A stretch of DNA of 64,000 bases from an uncultured Candidatus Saccharibacteria bacterium (GCA_964467765.1 CAYXSS010000002.1:1310-65309); one strand, 5' to 3'; counted from the first letter of the stretch, positions 11,696 through 21,210 are shown. The notes: a model not told the origin generated them from the sequence alone. A program made the numbers and translations.

Positions 11696-12115
11696 ATGGA
11701 AGAAACGGAGAAAAAAAACTACGAAATTTCCTGCCTTTTGGCCAAAGAAGAAGATGCCGATGTGGTTTTGCGGCTTTTGCGCCAGCACGGAATTGAGGCA
11801 ATATCGGACCCCAGGGTTAAAAAAATAAAATTGTCTTACCCGATAAAAAAGACAACACAGGCGGATTTTTGGTTTATAAGATGTTCAGCCTCGCCCGAAG
11901 CAGTTGTTGCTTTGGAAAAAGACTTAAAAACCGCCGCAGGCATTTTGCGCTTCATTATTGTCAAGCTTCCTAAAGAAGCGCTTGGTGTTCAAGGAGAGAC
12001 CGGTGGTCGTCCTCCGAGAAAATTTGTTCCAAGGAAAACAACTTTGCCGCAGAAGCGTACAGAGGTTTTGAGCAACGAGGCGCTGGAGAAAAAAATAGAG
12101 GAGATTTTGCAATAG
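11696..12115 (+). CDS. rpsF: 30S ribosomal protein S6
   Basis: S6-like profile (YEI..., LSYPIKK, FIIVKL). Its position directly upstream of ssb matches the conserved rpsF-ssb arrangement. Confidence 0.65.
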   Translation: MEETEKKNYEISCLLAKEEDADVVLRLLRQHGIEAISDPRVKKIKLSYPIKKTTQADFWFIRCSASPEAVVALEKDLKTAAGILRFIIVKLPKEALGVQGETGGRPPRKFVPRKTTLPQKRTEVLSNEALEKKIEEILQ

Positions 12116-12239
12116 GAGCATTGAATCCGCCGGAAGCCGCAATCTCTTTACAAACAGCTATATTTTTGTAGAATAAATAAGTCGCTATAACAATGATAAA
12201 GTTTGCAGATCAATACAGTCGCGATCTGCTTTTAACGGT

Positions 12240-12686
12240 ATGAATCTAAACAAAGTTTTTCTCATCGGCCGTCTGACTGCCGACCCGCAGCTCCGAAACG
12301 CTCCTTCGGGACAGGCGGTTACGAGCTTCGGCGTTGCTACCAATCGCGTTTGGACGGACAAATCCGGCGCGCGGCAGGAAGAAACGGAATTCCACAACAT
12401 CGTTGTCTGGGGCAGGCAAGCGGAAATCGTTACCCAGTTTTTGACGAAAGGCAGCATGGTACTCATTGAGGGGCGGCTGCGAACCCGTTCCTGGCAGGAT
12501 AAAAGCGGCCAGGAAAGAAGAACAACCGAGATCATAGCCGAGCGCGTCCAGTTTGGTCCGCGGCCGCAGGGCGGCGCAAAAGGAGGTCGGCAGACTGCAG
12601 CCGAAAATCAGGAGATAAAGACGGAAGAAGTGCCGACGGTTGACTTGGAAGGCGAGGAGGCGAAGGCGGGAGATCTGCCGTTTTAA
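12240..12686 (+). CDS. ssb: single-stranded DNA-binding protein
   Basis: An OB-fold SSB N-terminus (VFLIGRLTADPQLR) and an acidic C-terminal tail ending in DLPF. Confidence 0.9.
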   Translation: MNLNKVFLIGRLTADPQLRNAPSGQAVTSFGVATNRVWTDKSGARQEETEFHNIVVWGRQAEIVTQFLTKGSMVLIEGRLRTRSWQDKSGQERRTTEIIAERVQFGPRPQGGAKGGRQTAAENQEIKTEEVPTVDLEGEEAKAGDLPF

Positions 12687-12750
12687 TTCAAAATTTAAGA
12701 GTCAAAATGTAAAATTTTCATTTTGATATTTGTGGTTTAAATTTTTAAAC

Positions 12751-13176
12751 ATGGCCAAAAAAATCAAAACAATTTTAAAACTTCAACTTCCTGCCGGACA
12801 GGCCAATCCCGCGCCGCCCGTTGGCACCGCTTTGGGGCCGCACGGCGTAAACATTCAGGAATTCTGTAAACAATTCAACGACAAGACAAAGGATATGGCA
12901 GGCGATATCGTGCCGGCGGAAATCACGATTTTCGAAGACCGCAGTTTTAAGTTTGTCTTGAAGACCCCGCCCGCATCGGCGCTTTTGAAAAAAGCCGCAG
13001 GAATCGAAAAGGGCTCTGGCGACCCCCTAAAAACCAAAGTCGGTAAAGTTACCCGCGCCGATGTGCGCAAAATCGCCGAAAGAAAAATGCCGGATCTAAA
13101 TACCGACGATCTCGCCGCTGCCGAGCGCACCGTCATGGGCACGGCGAGAAATATGGGAATTGAGGTTATAGATTGA
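12751..13176 (+). CDS. rplK: 50S ribosomal protein L11
   Basis: [35 protein letters not shown] is a classic L11 N-terminus. The start was moved to the MAKK codon. Confidence 0.9.
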   Translation: MAKKIKTILKLQLPAGQANPAPPVGTALGPHGVNIQEFCKQFNDKTKDMAGDIVPAEITIFEDRSFKFVLKTPPASALLKKAAGIEKGSGDPLKTKVGKVTRADVRKIAERKMPDLNTDDLAAAERTVMGTARNMGIEVID

Positions 13177-13414
13177 TAATCCTTGTGCATATTTCTGTGA
13201 AAAGGTCGGGAAACCGGAGTTTCCAGTGTCGGAAAACAGCGATCCGCCGACAGGCGGAGAGCACTAGAAACCCCTGCCTGCCGGCAGGGGTTTCTAGGGA
13301 GGGGCGACGAATAGTCGCTCCGACGTAATATGGGAATCAAGAAGTGGCGATGAGCAGTCGCTCCGACAGGCGGAACTGAAATTATAAATGAAACCCCTCT
13401 CTTTGAGAGGGGTT

Positions 13415-14047
13415 TCATTTATTTCTTAATATCGGTTCAATCGATTTTTTCACGTCCTGAAAAATCTTTTCTTCGTCCGGGGAAGCGTCAATAATGACCG
13501 TGGAATTTTTGAACCGCGGATGTTCGGCGACTTGCAGGTAGTTTTGTCTGATTTTTTCGAGCCAAGCTTCTTTCTCAAAAAATTCTTTTCTATCCCTGCC
13601 TTTTTCGATGCGCCGCAGCGCTTCTTTTGAGGGAATGTCGAAAATTATATTCAGATCAGGCCAGATAAGATGCGCTCCGATGATTTGCTCATGCATTTCC
13701 ATAATTTCTTCCGCTGAAATACCATCAAGCATGCCGTAAGCGACAGTGGAAAACGTGAAGCGTCCCATAAGGCAAATATTTCCGGCATCAAGCCGGGGTT
13801 TAATGGTGCTTACGATATCCTGTGCCCGATCGATGACGTAAAGTCGCTGGAATTCTTTTGCGTCCGCGATTTTCGGCATCTCGCCGCGCAGCATTTTCCT
13901 GATTGTTTGGCCTATTGGGGTATCGCTTGGCTCGCGTGAAAATTTTACATCAAAGCCAAGTTTTTGAAGCCAAGAAATTGTTCGCTCGGCCTGTGAGTCT
14001 TTGCCGCAGCCGTCGATCCCCTCGAGGGCGATGAGTTTGCCTTTCAT
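13415..14047 (-). CDS. tmk: thymidylate kinase
   Basis: A P-loop (LEGIDGCGKDSQ) and an overall dTMP-kinase profile. Confidence 0.85.
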   Translation of the reverse strand: MKGKLIALEGIDGCGKDSQAERTISWLQKLGFDVKFSREPSDTPIGQTIRKMLRGEMPKIADAKEFQRLYVIDRAQDIVSTIKPRLDAGNICLMGRFTFSTVAYGMLDGISAEEIMEMHEQIIGAHLIWPDLNIIFDIPSKEALRRIEKGRDRKEFFEKEAWLEKIRQNYLQVAEHPRFKNSTVIIDASPDEEKIFQDVKKSIEPILRNK

Positions 14048-14171
14048 TCCGCCTTTAATTTTATCAAAAATGAACTAAAACAATTATTATCGTTCGTTGT
14101 CTTTCTATAAAGCTGGGCAAAAGGTTTAAACAATCATTGACACCGTAAAGCCCCGGCGGTAAAATGTTGGT

Positions 14172-14597
14172 ATGAAATCCGTCGTCATTTGCGGTTCGCA
14201 AAGATATAAAGAAGGGATTGAGTCTTTCGCCGAAAAACTGCGCAAGCTCGGCTGCCCGATCGTTTTCGAGCCGAATTTCGTGCGCCAGCGGAAGAAAATG
14301 CTCCATAAAGAAGAAAGCCAAAGACTTAGAGTGAAATCGTACAGAGACCGCGTGCCGGCCATGGTCCACGAACACTTCGACAGGATCCGCAAAGCGGATG
14401 TCTGTTATGTCTACAACAAAGATGGTTATTTGGGCGTAAATACCACCCTCGAGCTTGGCTTTGCCCATGGCAAGAACATGGTGATTTACGCGCTTGAACC
14501 GGAGCGTTCGATTGAGGCGGGCGGTGAGATTTGCCGCGACATACTGTTTACGGAAATCATCGAAACGCCGGAGGAGTTGATAAAGAGGCTTACCTAA
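14172..14597 (+). CDS. DNPH1/Rcl-like 2'-deoxynucleoside 5'-phosphate N-hydrolase / nucleoside 2-deoxyribosyltransferase-fold protein (paralog 1)
   Basis: It has a VVICGSQRY N-terminus and a C-terminal LGVNTTLELGFAHGKNMV motif, which recall the Rcl/NDT family. It is paralogous to 16933..17391. Confidence 0.5.
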   Translation: MKSVVICGSQRYKEGIESFAEKLRKLGCPIVFEPNFVRQRKKMLHKEESQRLRVKSYRDRVPAMVHEHFDRIRKADVCYVYNKDGYLGVNTTLELGFAHGKNMVIYALEPERSIEAGGEICRDILFTEIIETPEELIKRLT

Positions 14598-14637
14598 TTT
14601 AAAATATTAGGCGGATAATTATAGGGTTGACATTGGA

Positions 14638-15054
14638 ATGTCAAAGGGCAAAAGCGTAGGCGCAATCATCAAAGACGAAAAAGGCGGATTTTTGGTTCAG
14701 TACAGGCTGAAGACTCCGCAAGGACTCGCCTTGCCCGCGGGGCACATTGAAGAAGGGGAGGATCCGGCAGAATGTCTTTTGCGGGAAGTTTTCGAAGAAA
14801 CAGGTCTTAAGGTTAAGAATTTCAAGCCGGTTATCGAAAATAAGTTTTATCCCAATTCTTGTCCGAAAAATCACGAAGGCCATGATTGGTGGGTTTACGA
14901 AGCAGAAGCAGAAGGCGATCTGGTCTTGCGCGAGCCCGACAAACACAAGTTCTTGAAATTTATGTCTTTGGATGAAATGAGGCGCTACGTCGAGCGGGGC
15001 GAAACTGATCCGGCTTGGTTTGAATACATTTTGCCAGAACTGGTCATTATCTGA
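14638..15054 (+). CDS. NUDIX hydrolase
   Basis: NUDIX box GHIEEGEDPAECLLREVFEETGL. Confidence 0.8.
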   Translation: MSKGKSVGAIIKDEKGGFLVQYRLKTPQGLALPAGHIEEGEDPAECLLREVFEETGLKVKNFKPVIENKFYPNSCPKNHEGHDWWVYEAEAEGDLVLREPDKHKFLKFMSLDEMRRYVERGETDPAWFEYILPELVII

Positions 15055-15153
15055 TCAATTGCCGGTGGATTTTCCGGCAAACGCCGCCTATGTTGCACGC
15101 GGCGTTTTTTTGTGATAAGAAGAAGTTAGAAATATTGCCATCAAAGCGAGGAA

Positions 15154-16287
15154 ATGGCAGTGAAACGGAAGAATGACACGAAGATAATCATTACAACCGG
15201 AATTCCCGGATGCGGCGAAAAAGATTTTTTTTTAAAGCTCGTCCATTATTGTGAGATGCGTGGCAAAAGCGTGAAAATCATCAATACAGGAGATCTGATG
15301 TTTGATAATTTCGCCGACCTTGGGCACAAGATGAGACACAAAACCATTCTTAGAGTTGAGCAGTGGCGTTTGCAGACCGACAGATCGGCCGTGCTTCGCG
15401 CCGCTCTGCAAGAGATTGTCGATAATAAGAACAAATACGACTTAGTCCTTGTCTGCATCCACGCCTGGTTCCTGTGGGATTATGTATATTTGGAGGCCTG
15501 CGATAGGTTTTTGAAAAAATTTTTAACCATGCCAGAGCTTGCGGCACTTGTGACATTTATCGACGACTACAGGCCGATCATAATGCGCCTTCGGGAGCGT
15601 GAGCAATGGCAGGATCAAAAATTGAATCCTGAAAAAATTCTTTCTTGGCAGAACGTTGAGGTTGGGACAACTCAGATTATCGCTGGACTTTTTGACGTTC
15701 AGTTCCAGGTTTTCGCCACCTCGCAGTCGCCGTCGGAATTTTATAAGATGGTTTTTCATCCGGAGATCGAGTCAGTTTACACAGGAATGCCGATTTCGCA
15801 TTTGCGTAAAGCGGACGATAGAGAACCGATTGACAGATTTATCAAGAAACTTTCGCGGTATTTCCGGATTGTAAATCCTTTAAGCGTTGAGGTTGTTGGA
15901 GCAGTTCATTTCGACAAGAAAGAGCCGGAAAAATATGGCCAGGCGGTGCATAGACACATTGTTCATCGCGATCTCTATTGGTTTTTACACCTTTGCGATT
16001 TTATGGTGGCTTATTGGCCCCAGGTCATAGTTCCGGAAGAGGTGCAAAAGGCTGCCAAACACTACCCGAATATTCTCAAAGAGTGGCCCAGGGCCATTTC
16101 ATCTCCGGGGCTTTCGAGCGAAATGCAGCAGGCGTGTGGCGAAGGAAAAGACGTTTTTACTGTTTTTCTAGGTTCGGAAGCGAGTCCATTTATTGTTCGC
16201 AATTCGACGCGCATCTTTTTGTCCGAAAAAAAATTTTTCTCATACCTGGACAAAAAATACCCCGGGCGGAAAGATCTCGTTTGGTAA
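15154..16287 (+). CDS. two-domain hypothetical protein, with an N-terminal atypical P-loop kinase-like region and a possible C-terminal NDT/SLOG-like region
   Basis: GIPGCGEKD fits GxxGxGK. The C-terminal half has VYTGMPIS and SPGLSSEMQQACGEGKDVFTVF motifs that recall the NDT fold. The match is weak. Confidence 0.4.
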   Translation: MAVKRKNDTKIIITTGIPGCGEKDFFLKLVHYCEMRGKSVKIINTGDLMFDNFADLGHKMRHKTILRVEQWRLQTDRSAVLRAALQEIVDNKNKYDLVLVCIHAWFLWDYVYLEACDRFLKKFLTMPELAALVTFIDDYRPIIMRLREREQWQDQKLNPEKILSWQNVEVGTTQIIAGLFDVQFQVFATSQSPSEFYKMVFHPEIESVYTGMPISHLRKADDREPIDRFIKKLSRYFRIVNPLSVEVVGAVHFDKKEPEKYGQAVHRHIVHRDLYWFLHLCDFMVAYWPQVIVPEEVQKAAKHYPNILKEWPRAISSPGLSSEMQQACGEGKDVFTVFLGSEASPFIVRNSTRIFLSEKKFFSYLDKKYPGRKDLVW

Positions 16288-16324
16288 AAAAACAAAGGCG
16301 CCTCTTATGAAGCGCCTTTTGATT

Positions 16325-16879
16325 TCATGGCAAGCGTACTTTTTTGAACTTATTGAGCACCGAAGTTACTACTTCATCCGGAGACATATCGGTTGTATCT
16401 ACGACAAAATGATAGTGCAACGGGTCGAGATGGTTTTCTATGCAGTAAAGATTTTTGTAGCGTTCTCGTTCCTCCTCTTCGCGCGCCGCGGCCAAGTTTA
16501 TTATTTCTCCAAGTGTTCGGTCGTTATATTCCGGACGAATTGAAGTTCGCATAGCCATCGTTTCAGGATTTACAGAAAGAAAGACATTAAAAACAGCAAA
16601 CGGGCTTTCTTTGGCGAAATACCAGGCTATGCGTCCTTGTACAACAACATTGTCATTTTCCCGCAGAAATTTTTTTTGCTCTTCGTCTACGGCGCGCTCA
16701 ACGGCCGGATTGTTTTTCAGGCGCGAATAGAACTCATCTATCGTCAACCCTTCTTTTTCCGCCATTTTTCTGAAAAGCTGTCCGACATTGAATTCTTTGT
16801 AGCCCAAAACCGAAGCCAACTTGCCAGCCACGTGGCTTTTTCCGGAGCCCACTTTTCCTCCAAGCGTGATTATTGCCAT
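16325..16879 (-). CDS. cytidylate kinase-like family P-loop kinase
   Basis: A Walker A motif (GGKVGSGKSHVAGKLA) and a length and profile that fit the cytidylate-kinase-like (Cytidylate_kin2) family. Confidence 0.65.
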   Translation of the reverse strand: MAIITLGGKVGSGKSHVAGKLASVLGYKEFNVGQLFRKMAEKEGLTIDEFYSRLKNNPAVERAVDEEQKKFLRENDNVVVQGRIAWYFAKESPFAVFNVFLSVNPETMAMRTSIRPEYNDRTLGEIINLAAAREEEERERYKNLYCIENHLDPLHYHFVVDTTDMSPDEVVTSVLNKFKKVRLP

Positions 16880-16932
16880 TGCTGTTGATAATTTGATTTG
16901 ATTATAAAACTAAACGGGGTATTATCAATGGA

Positions 16933-17391
16933 ATGAAGTCCGTGGTATTTTGTTCAAGCCAGCGGTTTAAGAAGGATATGGAAAAATTCATCGGTGAATT
17001 GCGTACCCTTGCTGCGGCAAAAGGTCTGCACCCCGTTGTTCTCGAGCCGAATTTCGGAGAAAAAGAAGAAAAGGTTGGTGTCCTGCACGAAAAAGATCGC
17101 TTAAACGATGCGGTTTATCGGGAAGCCGTTGCCGGAAAGGTCTACGACCACCTTTTCCGTAAAGTGCGCATTGCCGACGTTTGTTTTGTTTTCAACAAGG
17201 ATGGCTATCTAGGCGTCAATACAACTGGCGAACTCTTTGCCGCAGCCATGTCGGGTAAGATGTGTTATGCCTTGCACGACAAAACCCTGATGGGCAGCTA
17301 TCCGCACGATCTCTACGAGGAGCCGTCGGCGAGAAAACTTATCCACGAAGTCGTTTCCACTCCAGAAGAGCTTTTAAAGAGGCTTGCTTAA
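16933..17391 (+). CDS. DNPH1/Rcl-like / nucleoside 2-deoxyribosyltransferase-fold protein (paralog 2)
   Basis: It is homologous to 14172..14597 (MKSVVFCSSQRF...LGVNTTGELFAAAM). Confidence 0.5.
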   Translation: MKSVVFCSSQRFKKDMEKFIGELRTLAAAKGLHPVVLEPNFGEKEEKVGVLHEKDRLNDAVYREAVAGKVYDHLFRKVRIADVCFVFNKDGYLGVNTTGELFAAAMSGKMCYALHDKTLMGSYPHDLYEEPSARKLIHEVVSTPEELLKRLA

Positions 17392-17414
17392 AAATCTAAA
17401 CATCTTTTCGTTGC

Positions 17415-17446
17415 CCCGCCTAAGAGTGCGGGTTATAATTTTTTTA
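17415..17446 (+). terminator. rho-independent terminator
   Basis: A cccgc/gcggg stem followed by a long T-run (ttataattttttt). Confidence 0.5.
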
Positions 17447-17520
17447 CATGGACCATCAACCAACAATCGGGTTGGAAATACCCGCCTTCGCTAAAACTAC
17501 GGCGGGCAGGCACGCCTCAT

Positions 17521-18954
17521 ATGTCTAATTATCAACCCACGATAGGACTAGAAATCCACACAGAGTTGAAAACCAAAACAAAGATGTTTTGCGACTCTTT
17601 GAACGATCCGGAAGAAAAGCATCCGAACACTAATGTTTGTCCCGTTTGCCTCGGGCATCCGGGGACGCTGCCGACGATAAATAAAAAAGCGGTTGAGGAA
17701 GTGATAAAAGCGGGGCTGGTGCTCGGAGGCAAAATTAATCCCGTCGCGAAATTCGACCGCAAAAATTATTTTTATCCGGATTTGCCCAAGGGTTACCAAA
17801 TTTCGCAGTACGACCAGCCGCTTGTCTCGGGCGGAGGACTGAACGGCGTGCGCATCAAGAGGATTCATTTAGAAGAAGACACGGGAACGCTTGGACATGA
17901 AAGCGGTTCCTCGGCAAGCCTGGGACAACGAATTTCGCTTGTCGACTTCAACCGCGCCGGCGTTCCTCTTATGGAGCTTGTCACGGAGCCGGATCTCAAG
18001 TCCGCCGAAGAAGTTGTTTCTTTCGCTAAAGAATTGCAGCTCATCCTGCGCTACCTGAACGTGTCAGATGCCGACATGGAAAAAGGCCAGATGCGCATTG
18101 AGGCAAACGTGAGCTTAAATATGGGCACAAAAGTTGAACTGAAGAACATAAACTCTTTCAGGTTTGCCAAAGAGGCAATTGAATATGAGGTGGGACGGCA
18201 GATCAAAGCGCTTGAAAAAGGAGAGAAAATTCACCAGGAAACTCGCGGCTGGGATGAAAACAAAAAAAAGACGGTTAGCCAGCGCTCGAAAGAAGAAGCG
18301 CACGACTATCGCTATTTCCCAGAACCCGATCTGCCGCCTTTTGAAACGGGCGTTTTCGATTTGGAAAAATTGCGCGCAGAGCTGCCGGAACTTCCGCAGG
18401 CGAAAAGGGCAAGGCTTATGAGCGAATACGGTCTTCCTGAAAATCAGGCGGAGCTTATACGAAGCGATGCCGACCTTGCGAAATTTTTTGAAGAGTCGGC
18501 AAGCGAGTTTAAAGAATTGTCGGTTGCTGCCGATTGCGGATTGTTGGCGAATTACATCTTGAGCGACCTGCGTGGATTGATGAATGACTCCGGTATCGGA
18601 TTCGGCGAACTTAAATTTGGTCCGGAACACCTCGCTCATCTTCTCGCCTTGATTTCTCAAAAAAAGATTACAAGCCGAAAAGCCAAAGACTTACTCTCCA
18701 TCATGTTCCGCGACGGCCGCGATCCGGAAGAAATTCTCTCCGTGGAAGGATTCGAGGCGATATCAGACGAAACAAAAATTTCCGAAATTGTAAAAGTAAT
18801 TTTGGAAGAAAATCCGGCGGCGGTCGCCGATTACAAAAAAGGAAAATCGCAAGCCGTTCAGTTTTTAACCGGCAAGACTATGGCGAAACTCCGCGGTGCC
18901 GGAGACCCACAGGTTATCCAAAAAGTCATATCTAAACTCCTCGGACAATCTTAA
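17521..18954 (+). CDS. gatB: Asp-tRNA(Asn)/Glu-tRNA(Gln) amidotransferase subunit B
   Basis: The GatB N-terminus (PTIGLEIHTELKTKTKMFC, CPVCLGHPGTLP) and the C-terminal GatB/YqeY domain. Confidence 0.9.
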   Translation: MSNYQPTIGLEIHTELKTKTKMFCDSLNDPEEKHPNTNVCPVCLGHPGTLPTINKKAVEEVIKAGLVLGGKINPVAKFDRKNYFYPDLPKGYQISQYDQPLVSGGGLNGVRIKRIHLEEDTGTLGHESGSSASLGQRISLVDFNRAGVPLMELVTEPDLKSAEEVVSFAKELQLILRYLNVSDADMEKGQMRIEANVSLNMGTKVELKNINSFRFAKEAIEYEVGRQIKALEKGEKIHQETRGWDENKKKTVSQRSKEEAHDYRYFPEPDLPPFETGVFDLEKLRAELPELPQAKRARLMSEYGLPENQAELIRSDADLAKFFEESASEFKELSVAADCGLLANYILSDLRGLMNDSGIGFGELKFGPEHLAHLLALISQKKITSRKAKDLLSIMFRDGRDPEEILSVEGFEAISDETKISEIVKVILEENPAAVADYKKGKSQAVQFLTGKTMAKLRGAGDPQVIQKVISKLLGQS

Positions 18955-19060
18955 GCGGTTGCCAAAATTGTTGATTTTTTGCGGCTAATGCGGTTGTTGA
19001 CTCTAGCCAGCCGTGTTTTATTATTCTTATAGAAACTTGTTATGCGTTTTGGAGGATTGT

Positions 19061-21118
19061 ATGAGCGAGACGAAAGGGTTCGATCTCGAAAAGGTTATCA
19101 GCGAAGACGCGGAAAGGAAGATAAGAAAACAGAAAACACACAAGGAAATAACGTTTAAAGACTACCTTGCGCTTCTGAAAAACGATCCAAAAATCGCCCA
19201 AAATTCTCCGGCCAGGCTTCTCGAGAAAATCTTGAATTTCGGCAAAGAGCCGGTTCCTGAATCGGAGCAATGGTTTGCGGACGACAACGGTTCGCCGATA
19301 GACATTCGCTACGCCGCTTTTTCCAAGAAGCTTTTCGGGTTGGATAAGCCGATTTATCAGGCAGTGAATTTCTTAAAGGCTGGCGCCAATCGTTTAGAAA
19401 CGGGGAACCAAATTCTTCTTTTGGTCGGTCCTACTGCTGGCGGCAAATCGACGTTCGCAAGAATGTTGAAACAGCTTCTTGAGGATTATTCCCTGCGCCA
19501 GGTTTTCGCCATTAAAGGTTGTCCGATGCACGAAGAGCCTTTGCATATTCTGCCGCGTTACCTGAGAAGTGACTTTGAGCGCGACCTGAAAGTTAGGATA
19601 GACGGCGATCTTTGCCCGCACTGTCGCCACATACTGGATGAAAAATATACCATCAAAGAAGGCGAAGAAAAAGGCAAGGTGCGCTGGTGGGACGTGCCCG
19701 TAGAGACCTTCACTTTTTCCATACAAGGCGCTCGCGGCATTGGATCTTTTGAGCCGTCTGATGAGAAATCCCAGGACGTTACCGAGCTTGTCGGCCGCGA
19801 AAACATTTCGATAAGTTCCACAAAAGGCCCGGATCATCCTCTGGCCTGGTCTCTTTCCGGAGAATTGGAAAAAGCCAACAGAGGAATATGTGAAGGACGC
19901 GAACTTATAAAAGCGGACGAAAAGCTCCTATGGGTATTTATCAGCGTTGCCCAAGAAAAAGAGGTCAAATTGCAAGGGTCCAGCTTCCCGCATCTTTCTG
20001 TCGATACGATTGTTATCGGCCACACGAACCTTACCGAATACAATAAATTTTCTTCGCGCCAGGAAAACGAAGCTTTGCATGATCGCATGTACGTTGTGCA
20101 GTTCCCGTATCCGCTGCGCATGAGCGACGAAGTAAAGATCTACAAAAAGCTTATTGAAGAAGAAAGCGATTTTGTGCATCTCTCGAAGTGCCACATCGCT
20201 CCCGGTTCGCTTGAGCTTGCAGCCCTATTTGCCGTGCTCACGCGGCTTTTGCCTCGGTCTAAGGGCGAAGTGGATATTTTAACTAAAGCAAAGATCTACA
20301 ACGGAGACAGGTTGCTCTTGGAATTCCGCGACAAAGACAAGAAACCGATCGACATCAGGACTCTTGTCGAGGAGGGCCAGGAATCGCCGGATGTTAGCAA
20401 GCGCGAAGGTATGTTTGGCGCAAGCTCGCGCGACATTTTGGCGGCCATCAACATGGAACTTGTGAAAAAAGGCGACGGCTGTCTCACCCCGCTTTCCGTG
20501 ACTCGCGCGTTGCGCGACGTCTTCGAGCATCGCATGGGTTATACGCCGGAAGAGCAGGCGCGCTTCAGAGAAATAATCCAGGAAAGTGTTATGGCGGAGT
20601 ACAAAGAATTTGTTATCGAGTCCGTAAACAAAGCTTTTCTTAGGGCTTATGACGATCTGGCTCGCGAGCTATTTGCGAGATACATTGAGGCAGTCGAGCT
20701 CCACCGCAATCAGAGAAGAAAACTGGTGCGCGGAGGTTTCAAGGTCGAACGCGACGATATTACCCAGAAGCCGAAAGAGCCGGATTTGAAGCTCATGCGC
20801 TCCATCGAAGAACATATCCCGGTCGGTGAATCGGAGGCGGATACCTTCCGCGGCGAAATCTTGGAATACAAATCCCAGATGAAGAGTTTCAATTACGACA
20901 CTTATCAGCCGCTGGCCCGCGCAGTTGAGAAAAAGCTTTTGGCGGACAACAAAACCAGTCTTGGCCTGGTGCTTTCTCAAGACAAGCCAAAGGGCGAAGA
21001 GGAAAAGAAGCGAGCCGACGATCTCTTCGGCGCGCTAACCGACCCCAACGGCGCGCGTTTCTGCCCGGTTTGCGCCAAAGAAGTTGTTGAAAAAGCGAGA
21101 GAATTCCTTAACGCATAA
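19061..21118 (+). CDS. prkA: PrkA-family serine protein kinase (AAA+ plus kinase-like)
   Basis: A Walker A motif (LLLVGPTAGGKSTFARML) and the length of a PrkA/YeaG family member. The start was moved to MSETKG because a GGAGG SD precedes it. Confidence 0.8.
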   Translation: MSETKGFDLEKVISEDAERKIRKQKTHKEITFKDYLALLKNDPKIAQNSPARLLEKILNFGKEPVPESEQWFADDNGSPIDIRYAAFSKKLFGLDKPIYQAVNFLKAGANRLETGNQILLLVGPTAGGKSTFARMLKQLLEDYSLRQVFAIKGCPMHEEPLHILPRYLRSDFERDLKVRIDGDLCPHCRHILDEKYTIKEGEEKGKVRWWDVPVETFTFSIQGARGIGSFEPSDEKSQDVTELVGRENISISSTKGPDHPLAWSLSGELEKANRGICEGRELIKADEKLLWVFISVAQEKEVKLQGSSFPHLSVDTIVIGHTNLTEYNKFSSRQENEALHDRMYVVQFPYPLRMSDEVKIYKKLIEEESDFVHLSKCHIAPGSLELAALFAVLTRLLPRSKGEVDILTKAKIYNGDRLLLEFRDKDKKPIDIRTLVEEGQESPDVSKREGMFGASSRDILAAINMELVKKGDGCLTPLSVTRALRDVFEHRMGYTPEEQARFREIIQESVMAEYKEFVIESVNKAFLRAYDDLARELFARYIEAVELHRNQRRKLVRGGFKVERDDITQKPKEPDLKLMRSIEEHIPVGESEADTFRGEILEYKSQMKSFNYDTYQPLARAVEKKLLADNKTSLGLVLSQDKPKGEEEKKRADDLFGALTDPNGARFCPVCAKEVVEKAREFLNA

Positions 21119-21210
21119 AATTCTTATTGGCAGCCGACGTCATTTTGACGCCGGTTTTTTTTATTGCTAAAATAAAACCAGCGCTTTGGATCTTTAATAA
21201 GGAGATGCAA

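Noticed and set aside
14064-14468. A 134-aa minus-strand ORF overlapping the first NDT-like gene.
   Set aside because: The plus-strand gene is supported by a paralog at 16933..17391 with the same N- and C-terminal motifs. The minus ORF has no such support.
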